DNA of 64,000 nucleotides, from NCBI GenBank assembly GCA_012513605.1, contig JAAZBV010000156.1:91270-155269 (forward strand), given 5' to 3'. This document shows positions 37,515 through 46,763 of this stretch, one piece after another. The notes beneath the pieces were generated by a model. It saw only the letters and a list, made by a program, of their open reading frames with translations, did not search any database and was not told the origin of the DNA. Numbering within the stretch: position 1 is the stretch's first letter; every line of letters starts with the position of its first letter. The translations under genes were made by a program, and so were the position numbers. The DNA comes from Desulfatiglans sp. (lineage in GTDB: Bacteria; Desulfobacterota; DSM-4660; Desulfatiglandales; HGW-15).

Positions 37515-39614
37515 TTAGAATTCATATGTTATCTTTGTCCACCACTCTCTTCCCGGTCTTGGATAGTCATTAAAGTACAGATATTCCGGGGCTGCATAAT
37601 ACACATCTTCATTAAGGATATTTTTCATCCCGCACCTTAAGGTCAATCCCGGTGTTAAAAGGTTGTACAGGCTTACAGTAGCGTCAACAGTGTGATACCC
37701 CTTTAATTTTGCCCTTGTATCAGTTACTGCCCTGTTTCGTTTGCCAACATAGCTGTATTGAAGGTTAAAGGCCATGTCCCTGCCGGGTTCAAATATGACG
37801 CCCAGATCCCCAAGCCATTCAGCCACCTCAGGGATAGAGCCCCCTGTGATACTGTTATTTGAATGTGAATAGGAGATATTGCTGTCAAGCTTGAATCTTT
37901 CAAGAAATTTATACTCAACCTCCAGTTCAGCCCCTGAAATTTTAGTCGAGCCGGTATTTGAATATGTGCCCCCGCCTGCGCTAATCAGTTTATCAAGCTC
38001 CGAATAAAAATAGGTTAATCTCCCCATCGTAAGTTCATCACGATAGAGGTAGCTAAGTTCCATAGTATCGATCGTTTCCGGATCAATTGCGGGATTACCC
38101 ACCAGATATGGGTTATTCTTTGAATAGAGCTGGTTAAAGGTCGGGGGGCAAAATGCCCTTGCATACTGGGTCTTTATAATATGGTTTTGTGTTACCCTCC
38201 AGACCGCTGCGATTCTTGGAGAGAGTTCTGAACCCACATCATCATAATGATCATACCTGAGCCCGCCAGTGATGGAAACCATATCATTAATCTTATATTC
38301 ATCCTGAAGGGTAATATTGATGAGGGTCCTGTCCATCCCCTCCTCGATCCAGTTTTCAGTGCCTGTGAATCTTGAAACAGGGCTGATTGGCGCGCCTGTT
38401 GAGGGTATGTAATTTGTATCATGCCAGGCGCTGTCTATTTCAGTATTTGCAAAGGCTGCGCCAAATTTTACAGTATGCTTCTTCCAACCTGCATAGGTGA
38501 AATCAACCCCTGCATCAATTCTATCTTCCATATAAAATGGGGCTGCCGCCATCCCCTCTGTATAGATGCCGATAAAACCTGGAGGCTGCTGAAATGTAAG
38601 GGCTGAGCTGAATCTATGGTGGAAAAACCCCAGGTTATACTCAAACAGGAGATTTTCTATCATATAAATTTCCTGTTTTATCTGTCCTCCATAGTTCTTG
38701 AACCTGAAGGCAGTGCTGCTGTGAGGAGGTGGTAGAGATCCCAGAAACCCGTAATAATCCCCCTGGCCCTCATTCAGATAATATCCGGTAAGATTCAGGC
38801 CCTTAAAGGAAAACCCCATAATCGCATTGCTCACATCCCTTACTTCATTAACAGGCCCCGGTGCATTGGAGATATCCCCCATGCCCATTCCATACAATTG
38901 ATCAGTACCTGAGATAACATCTGCGCCATCTGTATCAAAGGCAGCAAGATTAAGGCTGAAGTCTATTGCGCGTGCCTCATTGGAATATGAATATAATGCG
39001 CTCCCGTGATATGAGTCATAACGGCCAACCCCGCCGGTCACCTGTCGGCCTTTATTGAGTGTAATGATGTTGACAACGCCGGTGCTTGCAAATTCACCGT
39101 GAACAGCAGATCCAGGCCCCCTGATTATCTCGATCCTGTCGATCTGCTCCACGGGTATATCAAGCGCAGGGTATGCCTTGCCCCACAGGGCTGAATTCAT
39201 GGATATGCCATTGAGCTGGATCTTCAGGTTGCCCGATGAAATGGTATTTCCTATGCCCCTTACAAGGACATCTCTCAAACCCATATTGTTTATGCTGATA
39301 TCCATGCCGGGGACAAAGCTCATTGCCTCCCATACATTATGGATGCCGCGCACCTTCAGGTCTTCACCTCTCAAGACTGTTACCATGCCCGGCACAAAAT
39401 CCACGTTGAGCTTGGTTTTAGTAGCTATCTCAGTATATTTGTCAATAAACTGTATAAGGCGGGTGAACTCCTCTTCATCCTCATCTGACTGGGGCTGACT
39501 GCTCTCTTCTTTTGGGATGACCTGCTCTGATGTCGCTGATAAGATGGGTGAAATAAGAAGAACCAGGATCAGAATTAATAAGGCCGCAAGAGGGCTGCAT
39601 GCAATTTTTTTCAT
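37515..39614 (-). CDS. TonB-dependent receptor
   Basis: 699 aa with a signal peptide, plug segment IDRIEIIRGPGSAVHG, a long beta-barrel region and a C-terminal aromatic residue (...KITYEF). Confidence 0.9.
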   Translation of the reverse strand: MKKIACSPLAALLILILVLLISPILSATSEQVIPKEESSQPQSDEDEEEFTRLIQFIDKYTEIATKTKLNVDFVPGMVTVLRGEDLKVRGIHNVWEAMSFVPGMDISINNMGLRDVLVRGIGNTISSGNLKIQLNGISMNSALWGKAYPALDIPVEQIDRIEIIRGPGSAVHGEFASTGVVNIITLNKGRQVTGGVGRYDSYHGSALYSYSNEARAIDFSLNLAAFDTDGADVISGTDQLYGMGMGDISNAPGPVNEVRDVSNAIMGFSFKGLNLTGYYLNEGQGDYYGFLGSLPPPHSSTAFRFKNYGGQIKQEIYMIENLLFEYNLGFFHHRFSSALTFQQPPGFIGIYTEGMAAAPFYMEDRIDAGVDFTYAGWKKHTVKFGAAFANTEIDSAWHDTNYIPSTGAPISPVSRFTGTENWIEEGMDRTLINITLQDEYKINDMVSITGGLRYDHYDDVGSELSPRIAAVWRVTQNHIIKTQYARAFCPPTFNQLYSKNNPYLVGNPAIDPETIDTMELSYLYRDELTMGRLTYFYSELDKLISAGGGTYSNTGSTKISGAELEVEYKFLERFKLDSNISYSHSNNSITGGSIPEVAEWLGDLGVIFEPGRDMAFNLQYSYVGKRNRAVTDTRAKLKGYHTVDATVSLYNLLTPGLTLRCGMKNILNEDVYYAAPEYLYFNDYPRPGREWWTKITYEF

Positions 39615-39899
39615 GATAATTCCTCCCTACTGCCTGACTTAAGTGCTAAATAAATCAGGATATGCTGTAAAAGCTAAATATTCTGCCCTTTAAATACCAT
39701 GGCAGAGTTTAACTTTGTTAAAATACGGAATACAATCTGAAAAATTATAATATCTAATCGGCCTTAAAATCAATTTTCATAAGAATATTTAGAGGTTAAT
39801 ACCATATAAATTTAGAATATTCAAATATGAAGAAAAAGGCTGACCCTGATGGTTTCTTAAAAAAGCTTAATCTCACACAAAGACACAAAGGTAACTACT

Positions 39900-40041
39900 T
39901 AGTGTCCATCCAAAAACTTTTTTTTTGTATTCAAGCGGTCAGCCATCAGCGTTCAGCTTTCAGCAAAAAACTTTCAAATCAGAGAGTTAGCTGACAGCTG
40001 AAAGCCCCTTCCAGAATTTGCCTCTTTCTGGATGGACACTA
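39900..40041 (-). mobile_element. MITE-like element, copy 3 (inverted orientation, one internal repeat unit shorter)
   Basis: Its reverse complement aligns end to end with copy 2, except that one cagcgatcagctgt unit is missing. Termini are TAGTGTCCATCC / GGATGGACACTA. Confidence 0.8.
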
Positions 40042-40152
40042 CTTAAATTAAAACTGTTTTTCTTGGTGTTCTTTGCGGTTTTGCGTGATAACTCACCTTT
40101 TTACAGCGTTGTCTTATCCTGATGTTTTTATTTATCAGGATAAGACTTTATA

Positions 40153-42408
40153 TTAAAGCAGTTTTCTGAATGGGTTATTAAATGGCTCTGGCTTTCTCTT
40201 TTCAGGGGGTCTTCTGAAATTCACGTTTGGCGCTGTTCTTTTTGGCGCTGGAGCAGACTCAGCCGCAGGCTCCGGGTTTTCCTTCATGGAAAGGGATATC
40301 CTGTTACGCGCAAGATCAACCTCCAGCACAGTCACCTTTACCTTCTGGTTTACCTTTGCAACGCTATGAGGGTCCTTTACAAAATGGTCAGCAAGGTGAC
40401 TCACATGGACAAGACCATCCTGGTGAACACCTATATCAACAAATGCGCCAAAGGCGGTTACATTAGTGATGACCCCGGGGAGCCTCATGCCGGGTTTTAC
40501 ATCCTCTATCTTTTCAACGCCGTCTGTAAACTTGAACTGCTCAAACTGTTTTCTGGGATCACGGCCAGGTTTTTTAAGCTCGTCCATGATATCCGTGAGT
40601 GTCGGCATACCGATGGTATCGGTAACATACCTGGCAAGGTCTATCCTCTTTCTTATATCCTCCTTACCCATGAGTTCATTAATAGAGCAGTCCATGTCAA
40701 CAGCCATCTTTTCAACAATATGGTATGTCTCCGGGTGCACCGCGCTTGAATCAAGGGGGTTAGCGGCGCCCCTTATCCTTAAGAAACCCGCTGCCTGTTC
40801 AAATGCCTTTGGCCCTAATCTTGGTATATTTTTCAGCGCCTCACGGCTTGAAAGCGCCCCGTTTTCATTCCTGTATTTTATAATATTTTTGGCAAGCTGT
40901 GGCCCAAGTCCTGATACATATGCAAGAAGCTGCTCGCTTGCTGTATTCACCTCAACACCAACCCTGTTAACACAGCTTATCACCACATCATCAAGCCCCT
41001 CCTTGAGTGACTGCTGGTTTACATCATGCTGGTACTGCCCTACACCTATTGACTTTGGATCGATTTTTACAAGCTCGGCAAGGGGGTCCATGAGCCTTCG
41101 GCCTATTGATACGGCCCCCCTGTATGATATATCAAGGTCAGGGAACTCCTGCCTTGCAACATCTGATGCAGAATAGACTGATGCACCGCTCTCATTAACC
41201 ATAGAGATTATGATATCTCCCGGAAGACCTAAGCCCCTTACAAATGTCTCAGTCTCTCTCCCTGCCGTGCCATTACCAATAGCGATGGCCTCAACATTAT
41301 ATTTTACACAGAGCACCCTGATTGTATTTTCTGCGCTCCTTATGGCCTCAGCAGAACCGGATGGGTAAATGGTCTCCTGGTAAAGGAGCTTTCCCTGTGC
41401 ATCAAGGCAGACCACCTTGCACCCTGTCCTTATGCCGGGGTCTATGGCCATTACCCTCTTCTGACCCAGAAAAGGCGCAAGCAAGAGTTCCCTGAGGTTG
41501 TTTGAAAAAACAGATATGGCCGTATCATCCGCCCTCTTCTTGGTCTCAAGCCTTACCTCCGTCTCCATGGACATGGAAAGTAACCGCTTGTAACAGTCAT
41601 TAACCGCCTCAAGCACCTGTGCTGATGCAGGGGATTCACCCTTAACAAAAAGCCTCTCAAGAATTTTAACGGCATCATCCTGTGGAGGGGTAACCTTCAT
41701 GGTGATAAAGCCCTCCTTTTCACCACGCCTCATGGCCAGCACCCTGTGGGATGGTGCGCTTGTTACAGGCTCAGACCATTCAAAGTAGTCCTTGAACTTG
41801 GCCCCCTCTGTCTCCTTTCCCTTTATAAGAGAGGTCTGGAACATGCTCTTTTCCATAAAGAAACCCCTCATGGCCTCCCTTGCTGCCTGATCCTCGTTTA
41901 TCTTTTCAGCGATAATATCCCTTGCACCGCTAAGGGCATCGTCTGCTGACCCTACGCCCTTTTCAGCATCAATAAATTTTGCGGCCTCGGCTATGGGGTC
42001 TGTTTCAGCAAGCTGCGCCCAGATAATATCAGCAAGTGGTTCAAGCCCCTTTTCCTTGGCTATTATCGCCCTTGTCCTCTTCTTTGGCCTGAATGGCAGA
42101 TATATATCCTCAAGCTCAGACATGGTCTGGGCATTTATTATTTTATTATTGAGTTCTTCAGTTAAAAGCTCCCGCTCCTTTAATGATTCAAGTATGCTCT
42201 CCCTGCGTTTATCAAGCTCCTTAAGCTGTTCAAGCCTGTCCCTGATATTAATAATCGCCACTTCATCAAGTGTGCCTGTTGCCTCCTTCCTGTACCTGGC
42301 AATAAAGGGCACAGTGGCCCCATCCTCAAGGAGCCTTGCAACCGCATCTACCTGTATTTGTTTAAGACCAAGTTCCTCCGCAATCTTCAACTCATGTTCA
42401 ATACTCAT
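40153..42408 (-). CDS. tex: Tex-like transcription accessory protein (YqgF/RuvC-like, HhH, S1 domains)
   Basis: 751 aa with the canonical N-terminus IAEELGLKQIQVDAVARLLEDGATVPFIARYRKE and a C-terminal S1 domain (PGVITNVTAFGAFVDIG). Confidence 0.92.
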   Translation of the reverse strand: MSIEHELKIAEELGLKQIQVDAVARLLEDGATVPFIARYRKEATGTLDEVAIINIRDRLEQLKELDKRRESILESLKERELLTEELNNKIINAQTMSELEDIYLPFRPKKRTRAIIAKEKGLEPLADIIWAQLAETDPIAEAAKFIDAEKGVGSADDALSGARDIIAEKINEDQAAREAMRGFFMEKSMFQTSLIKGKETEGAKFKDYFEWSEPVTSAPSHRVLAMRRGEKEGFITMKVTPPQDDAVKILERLFVKGESPASAQVLEAVNDCYKRLLSMSMETEVRLETKKRADDTAISVFSNNLRELLLAPFLGQKRVMAIDPGIRTGCKVVCLDAQGKLLYQETIYPSGSAEAIRSAENTIRVLCVKYNVEAIAIGNGTAGRETETFVRGLGLPGDIIISMVNESGASVYSASDVARQEFPDLDISYRGAVSIGRRLMDPLAELVKIDPKSIGVGQYQHDVNQQSLKEGLDDVVISCVNRVGVEVNTASEQLLAYVSGLGPQLAKNIIKYRNENGALSSREALKNIPRLGPKAFEQAAGFLRIRGAANPLDSSAVHPETYHIVEKMAVDMDCSINELMGKEDIRKRIDLARYVTDTIGMPTLTDIMDELKKPGRDPRKQFEQFKFTDGVEKIEDVKPGMRLPGVITNVTAFGAFVDIGVHQDGLVHVSHLADHFVKDPHSVAKVNQKVKVTVLEVDLARNRISLSMKENPEPAAESAPAPKRTAPNVNFRRPPEKRKPEPFNNPFRKLL

Positions 42409-42467
42409 TCATTCCCCTTTTAATAAGAACTATATTTATCACATTCAGCAAAATTAAGATTAAGAAT

Positions 42468-42535
42468 TGGCTGACAGCTGATAGCTGACAGCTGAAAGCT
42501 CCATCCGGAATTTGTTTCTTTCCGGATGGGACTAT
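42468..42535 (-). mobile_element. MITE-like element, half copy
   Basis: ttggctgacagctgatagctgacagctgaaagctccatccggaatttgtttctttccggatgggacta matches the right half of copy 3. It ends immediately next to the prfC stop codon. Confidence 0.65.
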
Positions 42536-44125
42536 TTAAGAATCATATTCAATTGTCTTTTTAAAGATTATCTTCGGGTGCTCCTTCATTGCCCTTTCAA
42601 GGTGCCACTCGCTCTGGGCAAGGTATGTAAGCTGACCCTCTGCATTAAATGCAAGGTTACGCGCGTTTGCCTGTTCAAACTCCTTCATGATCTTAGGGTC
42701 TTCAGCGCTGACCCATCTTGCGGTAATATATCTGGATGGTTCAAATACTGTCTCTGCTCCATACTCGGTTAATAACCTTGAGGCAGTCACCTCAAACTGG
42801 AGCACACCAACAGCGCCTAATATATACTCACTGCTGTTTATCGGCCTGAAGACCTGGATTGCACCCTCCTCTGCAAGTTGAAGCAACCCTTTAGCAAGCT
42901 GTTTTGTCTTAAGCGGATTCTTGATCCTGATTAGTTTAAAATGCTGTGGCGCAAAACTCGGTATGCCTTTAAACCTGAGGGGTTCCTTTTCAGTGAAGGT
43001 GTCTCCGATCTTTATGGTGCCGTGGTTGTGTATGCCTATGATGTCTCCCGGATATGCCTCCTCTACATTTTCCCTGTCCTGGGCCATGAGTACTGTGGCA
43101 TTTCCAAGGGATATCTCACGTCCTATCCTGTGGTGCATAACCTTCATCCCCTTTGTAAATCTGCCTGAGCATATCCTTAAAAAGGCTATCCTGTCACGGT
43201 GTGCAGGGTCCATGTTTGCCTGTATCTTGAAAACAAACCCGGAGAACTCCTCTTCATATGGCGAGACCTCCCTTGTGGTGGTCATGCGTGGATATGGGGC
43301 AGGCGCCATCTCTATAAAGGCATTAAGCAGTTCCCTTACACCAAAATTATTGATAGCACTCCCGAAAAAGACAGGTGTCTGAGAACCTGTAAGGTAATGT
43401 TCAAGCTCAAATGGATTGGCTGCACCCTCTAATAGCTCCACATCCGCCCTGAGCTCTCTTGCCTGGCTGCCAAGCAGGTCATCAAGCCTCTTATCACCAA
43501 GATCCTTTATAGTTATACCATCTGTGAGTCTTGTTACACCGCCCGGTGTAAAAAGATGAAGCTCCTTTTTATAGAGGTTATACACACCCCTGAATGATTT
43601 ACCCATGCCAATTGGCCATGAAAGCGGGGTGCACTCCACCTGGAGCTTTTCTTCAATATCGGCCATTATATCAATGGGGTACATGCCCTCCCTGTCCAGC
43701 TTGTTTATAAAGGTCATGATAGGGGTATTGCGCATACGGCACACCTCCATGAGCTTTTCGGTCTGTGTCTCAACCGCCTTTGCACTGTCTATCACCATCA
43801 TGGCGCTGTCAACAGCGGTAAGCACCCTGTATGTATCCTCAGAAAAGTCCTGGTGACCGGGTGTATCGAGCAGGTTGATCTCATAATCCATATAATTGAA
43901 CTTCATTGCGGATGCAGTAACAGAGATACCTCTCTCCTGTTCTATGGCCATCCAGTCGCTCGTGGCATGACGCGCCGCCTTTCTGGCCTTGACCGCACCT
44001 GCCTGTTGTATTGCACCCCCGAATAAAAGGAGCTTTTCAGTCAATGTGGTTTTACCGGCATCCGGGTGGCTGATAATCCCGAAATTACGCCTGCGGTCAA
44101 CCTCTTTCATATGCTGTTTATTCAA
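42536..44125 (-). CDS. prfC: peptide chain release factor 3
   Basis: 529 aa with GTPase motifs [17 protein letters not shown] and NKLDR. Length is typical of RF3. Confidence 0.92.
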   Translation of the reverse strand: MNKQHMKEVDRRRNFGIISHPDAGKTTLTEKLLLFGGAIQQAGAVKARKAARHATSDWMAIEQERGISVTASAMKFNYMDYEINLLDTPGHQDFSEDTYRVLTAVDSAMMVIDSAKAVETQTEKLMEVCRMRNTPIMTFINKLDREGMYPIDIMADIEEKLQVECTPLSWPIGMGKSFRGVYNLYKKELHLFTPGGVTRLTDGITIKDLGDKRLDDLLGSQARELRADVELLEGAANPFELEHYLTGSQTPVFFGSAINNFGVRELLNAFIEMAPAPYPRMTTTREVSPYEEEFSGFVFKIQANMDPAHRDRIAFLRICSGRFTKGMKVMHHRIGREISLGNATVLMAQDRENVEEAYPGDIIGIHNHGTIKIGDTFTEKEPLRFKGIPSFAPQHFKLIRIKNPLKTKQLAKGLLQLAEEGAIQVFRPINSSEYILGAVGVLQFEVTASRLLTEYGAETVFEPSRYITARWVSAEDPKIMKEFEQANARNLAFNAEGQLTYLAQSEWHLERAMKEHPKIIFKKTIEYDS

Positions 44126-44200
44126 TAGATATTCCTCTGTATTTCATTATATAAAAAACCGGGGCCAAAGGGCACCGGTTTTTAAAAGCCGGGCTATTAT

Positions 44201-44231
44201 ATTCATATTAATAAAAAGGTCAATGGCAGGA
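44201..44231 (+). repeat. 31-bp direct repeat, left copy
   Basis: ATTCATATTAATAAAAAGGTCAATGGCAGGA matches 45582-45612 at 30 of 31 positions. Confidence 0.85.
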
Positions 44232-44625
44232 TTAGTTCCTGGGAAATATAACAGGGTAATAATTTTGGGAGAGTGTGAAACATTTTCCCATGGGATAGTT
44301 TTATCGTAGTCCTCTGAATCAAAAGCCTCTAATTACTCTCCAGCTGCGCGCGTCTAAAACCCAGATCATTCCTCATACCCTCCTCTCAGGCGGCGCAGTA
44401 TTTCAAGACCGTTTTTGTTTACCTTTTTCCTTCCCCTCAAATTTTTGACTGAATCAAAAATACGTTTTTTCCCTTACTCTACCTTCCAGTCCAAAAACCT
44501 TTTTTCAAATTGATCCGGCGTAACAAGGACAGCCCTAACCTATGGTCCATCTGAACACAAACTTGACAATATTGATTGCATTGAATACATTGATATCATC
44601 GGTTAATTCATGGAGGTTTAAGTCT

Positions 44626-44874
44626 ATGGCAAGTTTAACAATTCGAAATATTGATGATTCTCTTAAAGCTACTCTCAGAATGAGTGCAGCCTTAAATAAA
44701 AGGTCGATGGAGGAAGAAGCCAGACAAATCCTTAAGCGTTATTTATTGCATCAAAAATGTTCCACTGGCATTGGCACTCGTATTTCAAAGCTTTTTTCAG
44801 AAATTGGTGGTGTAGAGTTGCCCCAGGTATCTCGTTCATTGCCGCGCCAATCTTCCATTTTATCGAATGATTAA
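44626..44874 (+). CDS. vapB: ribbon-helix-helix antitoxin (FitA/VapB-like)
   Basis: The track ORF starts at 44542, but ATG 44626 has a GGAGG RBS. The N-terminus MASLTIRNIDDSLKATLR is typical of RHH antitoxins. Confidence 0.75.
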   Translation: MASLTIRNIDDSLKATLRMSAALNKRSMEEEARQILKRYLLHQKCSTGIGTRISKLFSEIGGVELPQVSRSLPRQSSILSND

Positions 44875-44876
44875 TA

Positions 44877-45311
44877 ATGATGTTGCTGCTTGATACAAAT
44901 GTTCTCTCTGAGCTGATGCGCCCTAATCCGAATGAAGGTGTTGTCCATTGGCTGGATGCACAACCGGATGATGAGGTCTGGATCAGCGCTGTCACAGTGG
45001 GTGAAATTCGGTTGGGTATTGAACTACTACCGGAGGGTCGTCGTAAACAAATTCTAACAAAAATTGCAGATCAAATGTTTAAACAAGAATTTTCTGAAAG
45101 ATGTCTTCCCTTTGATTTTGAAGCTGCTGGTGAATTTGCAAAAATTATCGCATCGCGAAAACATAAAGGAAAACCAATTACAGTTGAAGATGCACAGATT
45201 GCAGCAATTGCCATAACGGCAGATATCACCTTAGCAACCCGGAACATTAAGGATTTCTCAGATATTGAAGGCTTGGAACTGGTCAATCCGTGGGAAGCTG
45301 ATATCCCCTGA
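44877..45311 (+). CDS. vapC: PIN-domain toxin VapC (FitB-like)
   Basis: 144 aa with LLLDTNVLSE at the N-terminus and acidic residues in ...DAQIAAIA...TRNIKDF. It starts 2 nt after the antitoxin stop. Confidence 0.85.
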   Translation: MMLLLDTNVLSELMRPNPNEGVVHWLDAQPDDEVWISAVTVGEIRLGIELLPEGRRKQILTKIADQMFKQEFSERCLPFDFEAAGEFAKIIASRKHKGKPITVEDAQIAAIAITADITLATRNIKDFSDIEGLELVNPWEADIP

Positions 45312-45581
45312 TCATTTATTTAAAGAGTTATGCCCCTGATGACAATAGTAAAACCCTGGCTAAAGATGGAATGTCTAAGCTGCCTCTTATTGCCGAAAAT
45401 GATGACCACTGTTAATAAAATGAATCTGATTTTTTCTTCAACCATCCCATAAAAAAGCTAGGTTATTAAAGATAATAACCTTTAACCCCCTTGGTATTAC
45501 AAGCTCTTCGATGTTTTTTAAATATTGAAGGACGTTTTTTCTTCACATAATGGGAGGATCGAATACGTCCCCTTTTTCTTC

Positions 45582-45612
45582 ATTCATATTAATAAAAAGG
45601 TCAATGGGAGGA
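45582..45612 (+). repeat. 31-bp direct repeat, right copy
   Basis: ATTCATATTAATAAAAAGGTCAATGGGAGGA. Weaker similarity continues to the right (gggaaata...). Confidence 0.85.
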
Positions 45613-45840
45613 TGGAATAAAGGGAAATAAGTATATTGGTGTCGAATTTGACTGAATGTCAATGTCTTAAATATGCAGTTGATTTTGAAGGTCTGATAAT
45701 CAACGCATCTTTATTGCGATTTTCCAGACCTATATTATTTATGTTGAATCATTATTTATCCTGATTGTATAATGGTTAACACAAACTAAAGAAGTGCCGG
45801 ACAGCACATAGGTAGACTGGGAAATCTGAATTAATAAAAT

Positions 45841-46275
45841 ATGAAAATATATTTAGACAATTGCTGTTTTAATCGACCATTTGATGATCAATCTCAACTC
45901 AGAGTGAGGCTTGAGTCAGAGGCAAAATTGAAAATCCAAGAAGAAATTCGGATTGGTAATATGGAGTTGATTTGGTCATATATATTGGATTATGAAAACA
46001 ATAAAAATCCCTTTATTGAGCGAAGACATAGAATATCAGAATGGAAAAAATATACCATTGAAGATGTAGATGAAAATCATGAACTAAAAAGTATAGCTAC
46101 TTCATTAAATAAAAAAGGTTTTCATAAAATAGATTCATTACATCTGGCTTGTGCAATCTTTTCCAAATGTAAATATTTCATAACAACTGATGACCAGATC
46201 CTAAAATTATCAGTTATTGAAAAAGAGATAAAAATAGTTGATCCGATCGGGTTCATAAAGGAGGTATTATCGTGA
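45841..46275 (+). CDS. PIN-like domain protein
   Basis: 144 aa. MKIYLDNCCFNRPFDD..., ...DSLHLACA... and ...ITTDDQIL supply the conserved acidic positions of a PIN fold. Confidence 0.6.
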   Translation: MKIYLDNCCFNRPFDDQSQLRVRLESEAKLKIQEEIRIGNMELIWSYILDYENNKNPFIERRHRISEWKKYTIEDVDENHELKSIATSLNKKGFHKIDSLHLACAIFSKCKYFITTDDQILKLSVIEKEIKIVDPIGFIKEVLS

Positions 46276-46499
46276 TTACTGATACTGAGATCAGATTAAA
46301 AGGAATAAAAATACTGGCAAAATATCTTGGAGATGTTGAAGCCGAACGATTCATTGCCTTGATACAGAGAGAACCATTTGATTATACTAAATGGAGACAG
46401 GACTTGGATGAGGAATTTTCAATAGAAGAAATCAGCAATAAAGCAATGAAATTAAGGATGAAAAACACAGCCCAAAATGGAGATAAAGGCCTGGCATAA
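46272..46499 (+). CDS. small partner protein of the PIN-like gene (possible antitoxin)
   Basis: 75 aa. GTGA start/stop overlap with the upstream gene. No family recognised. Confidence 0.5.
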   Translation: MITDTEIRLKGIKILAKYLGDVEAERFIALIQREPFDYTKWRQDLDEEFSIEEISNKAMKLRMKNTAQNGDKGLA

Positions 46500-46571
46500 T
46501 AGGTATACCTGGAAAAAGCTTTAACAATATAATTGAATTAACCCCCTTTCCAGCAATTACCCAAAAAATAA

Positions 46572-46603
46572 AAGGCAGTTAAGATAAAAACCTTAACTGC
46601 CTT
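46572..46603. terminator. bidirectional terminator hairpin
   Basis: Perfect 12-bp stem aaggcagttaag / cttaactgcctt between convergent genes, with A-run and T-rich flanks. Confidence 0.7.
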
Positions 46604-46763
46604 TGCATTACTGGCTATCTGCCTTACTATTTCACAATGAATATCTGATATTGATCTTTTTTCCTCAAAACCCACAATTGCAGTTTTTTATAAACTGTCA
46701 ATTACATAGGTTTGAAACCTAAATTTGTCTTAAATGAAGTTAATATAATGAAATAAAGTAAAA

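Noticed and set aside
40466-41176. A long 236-aa ORF antisense to tex. Similar antisense ORFs occur at 42921-43382, 53014-53466, 56314-56871, 29214-29750, 30913-31377 and 22135-22521.
   Set aside because: Each lies entirely inside a well-supported gene on the other strand. All have low-complexity or Ser/Leu/Cys-rich translations, and none has an RBS or recognisable motif. They are typical shadow ORFs.
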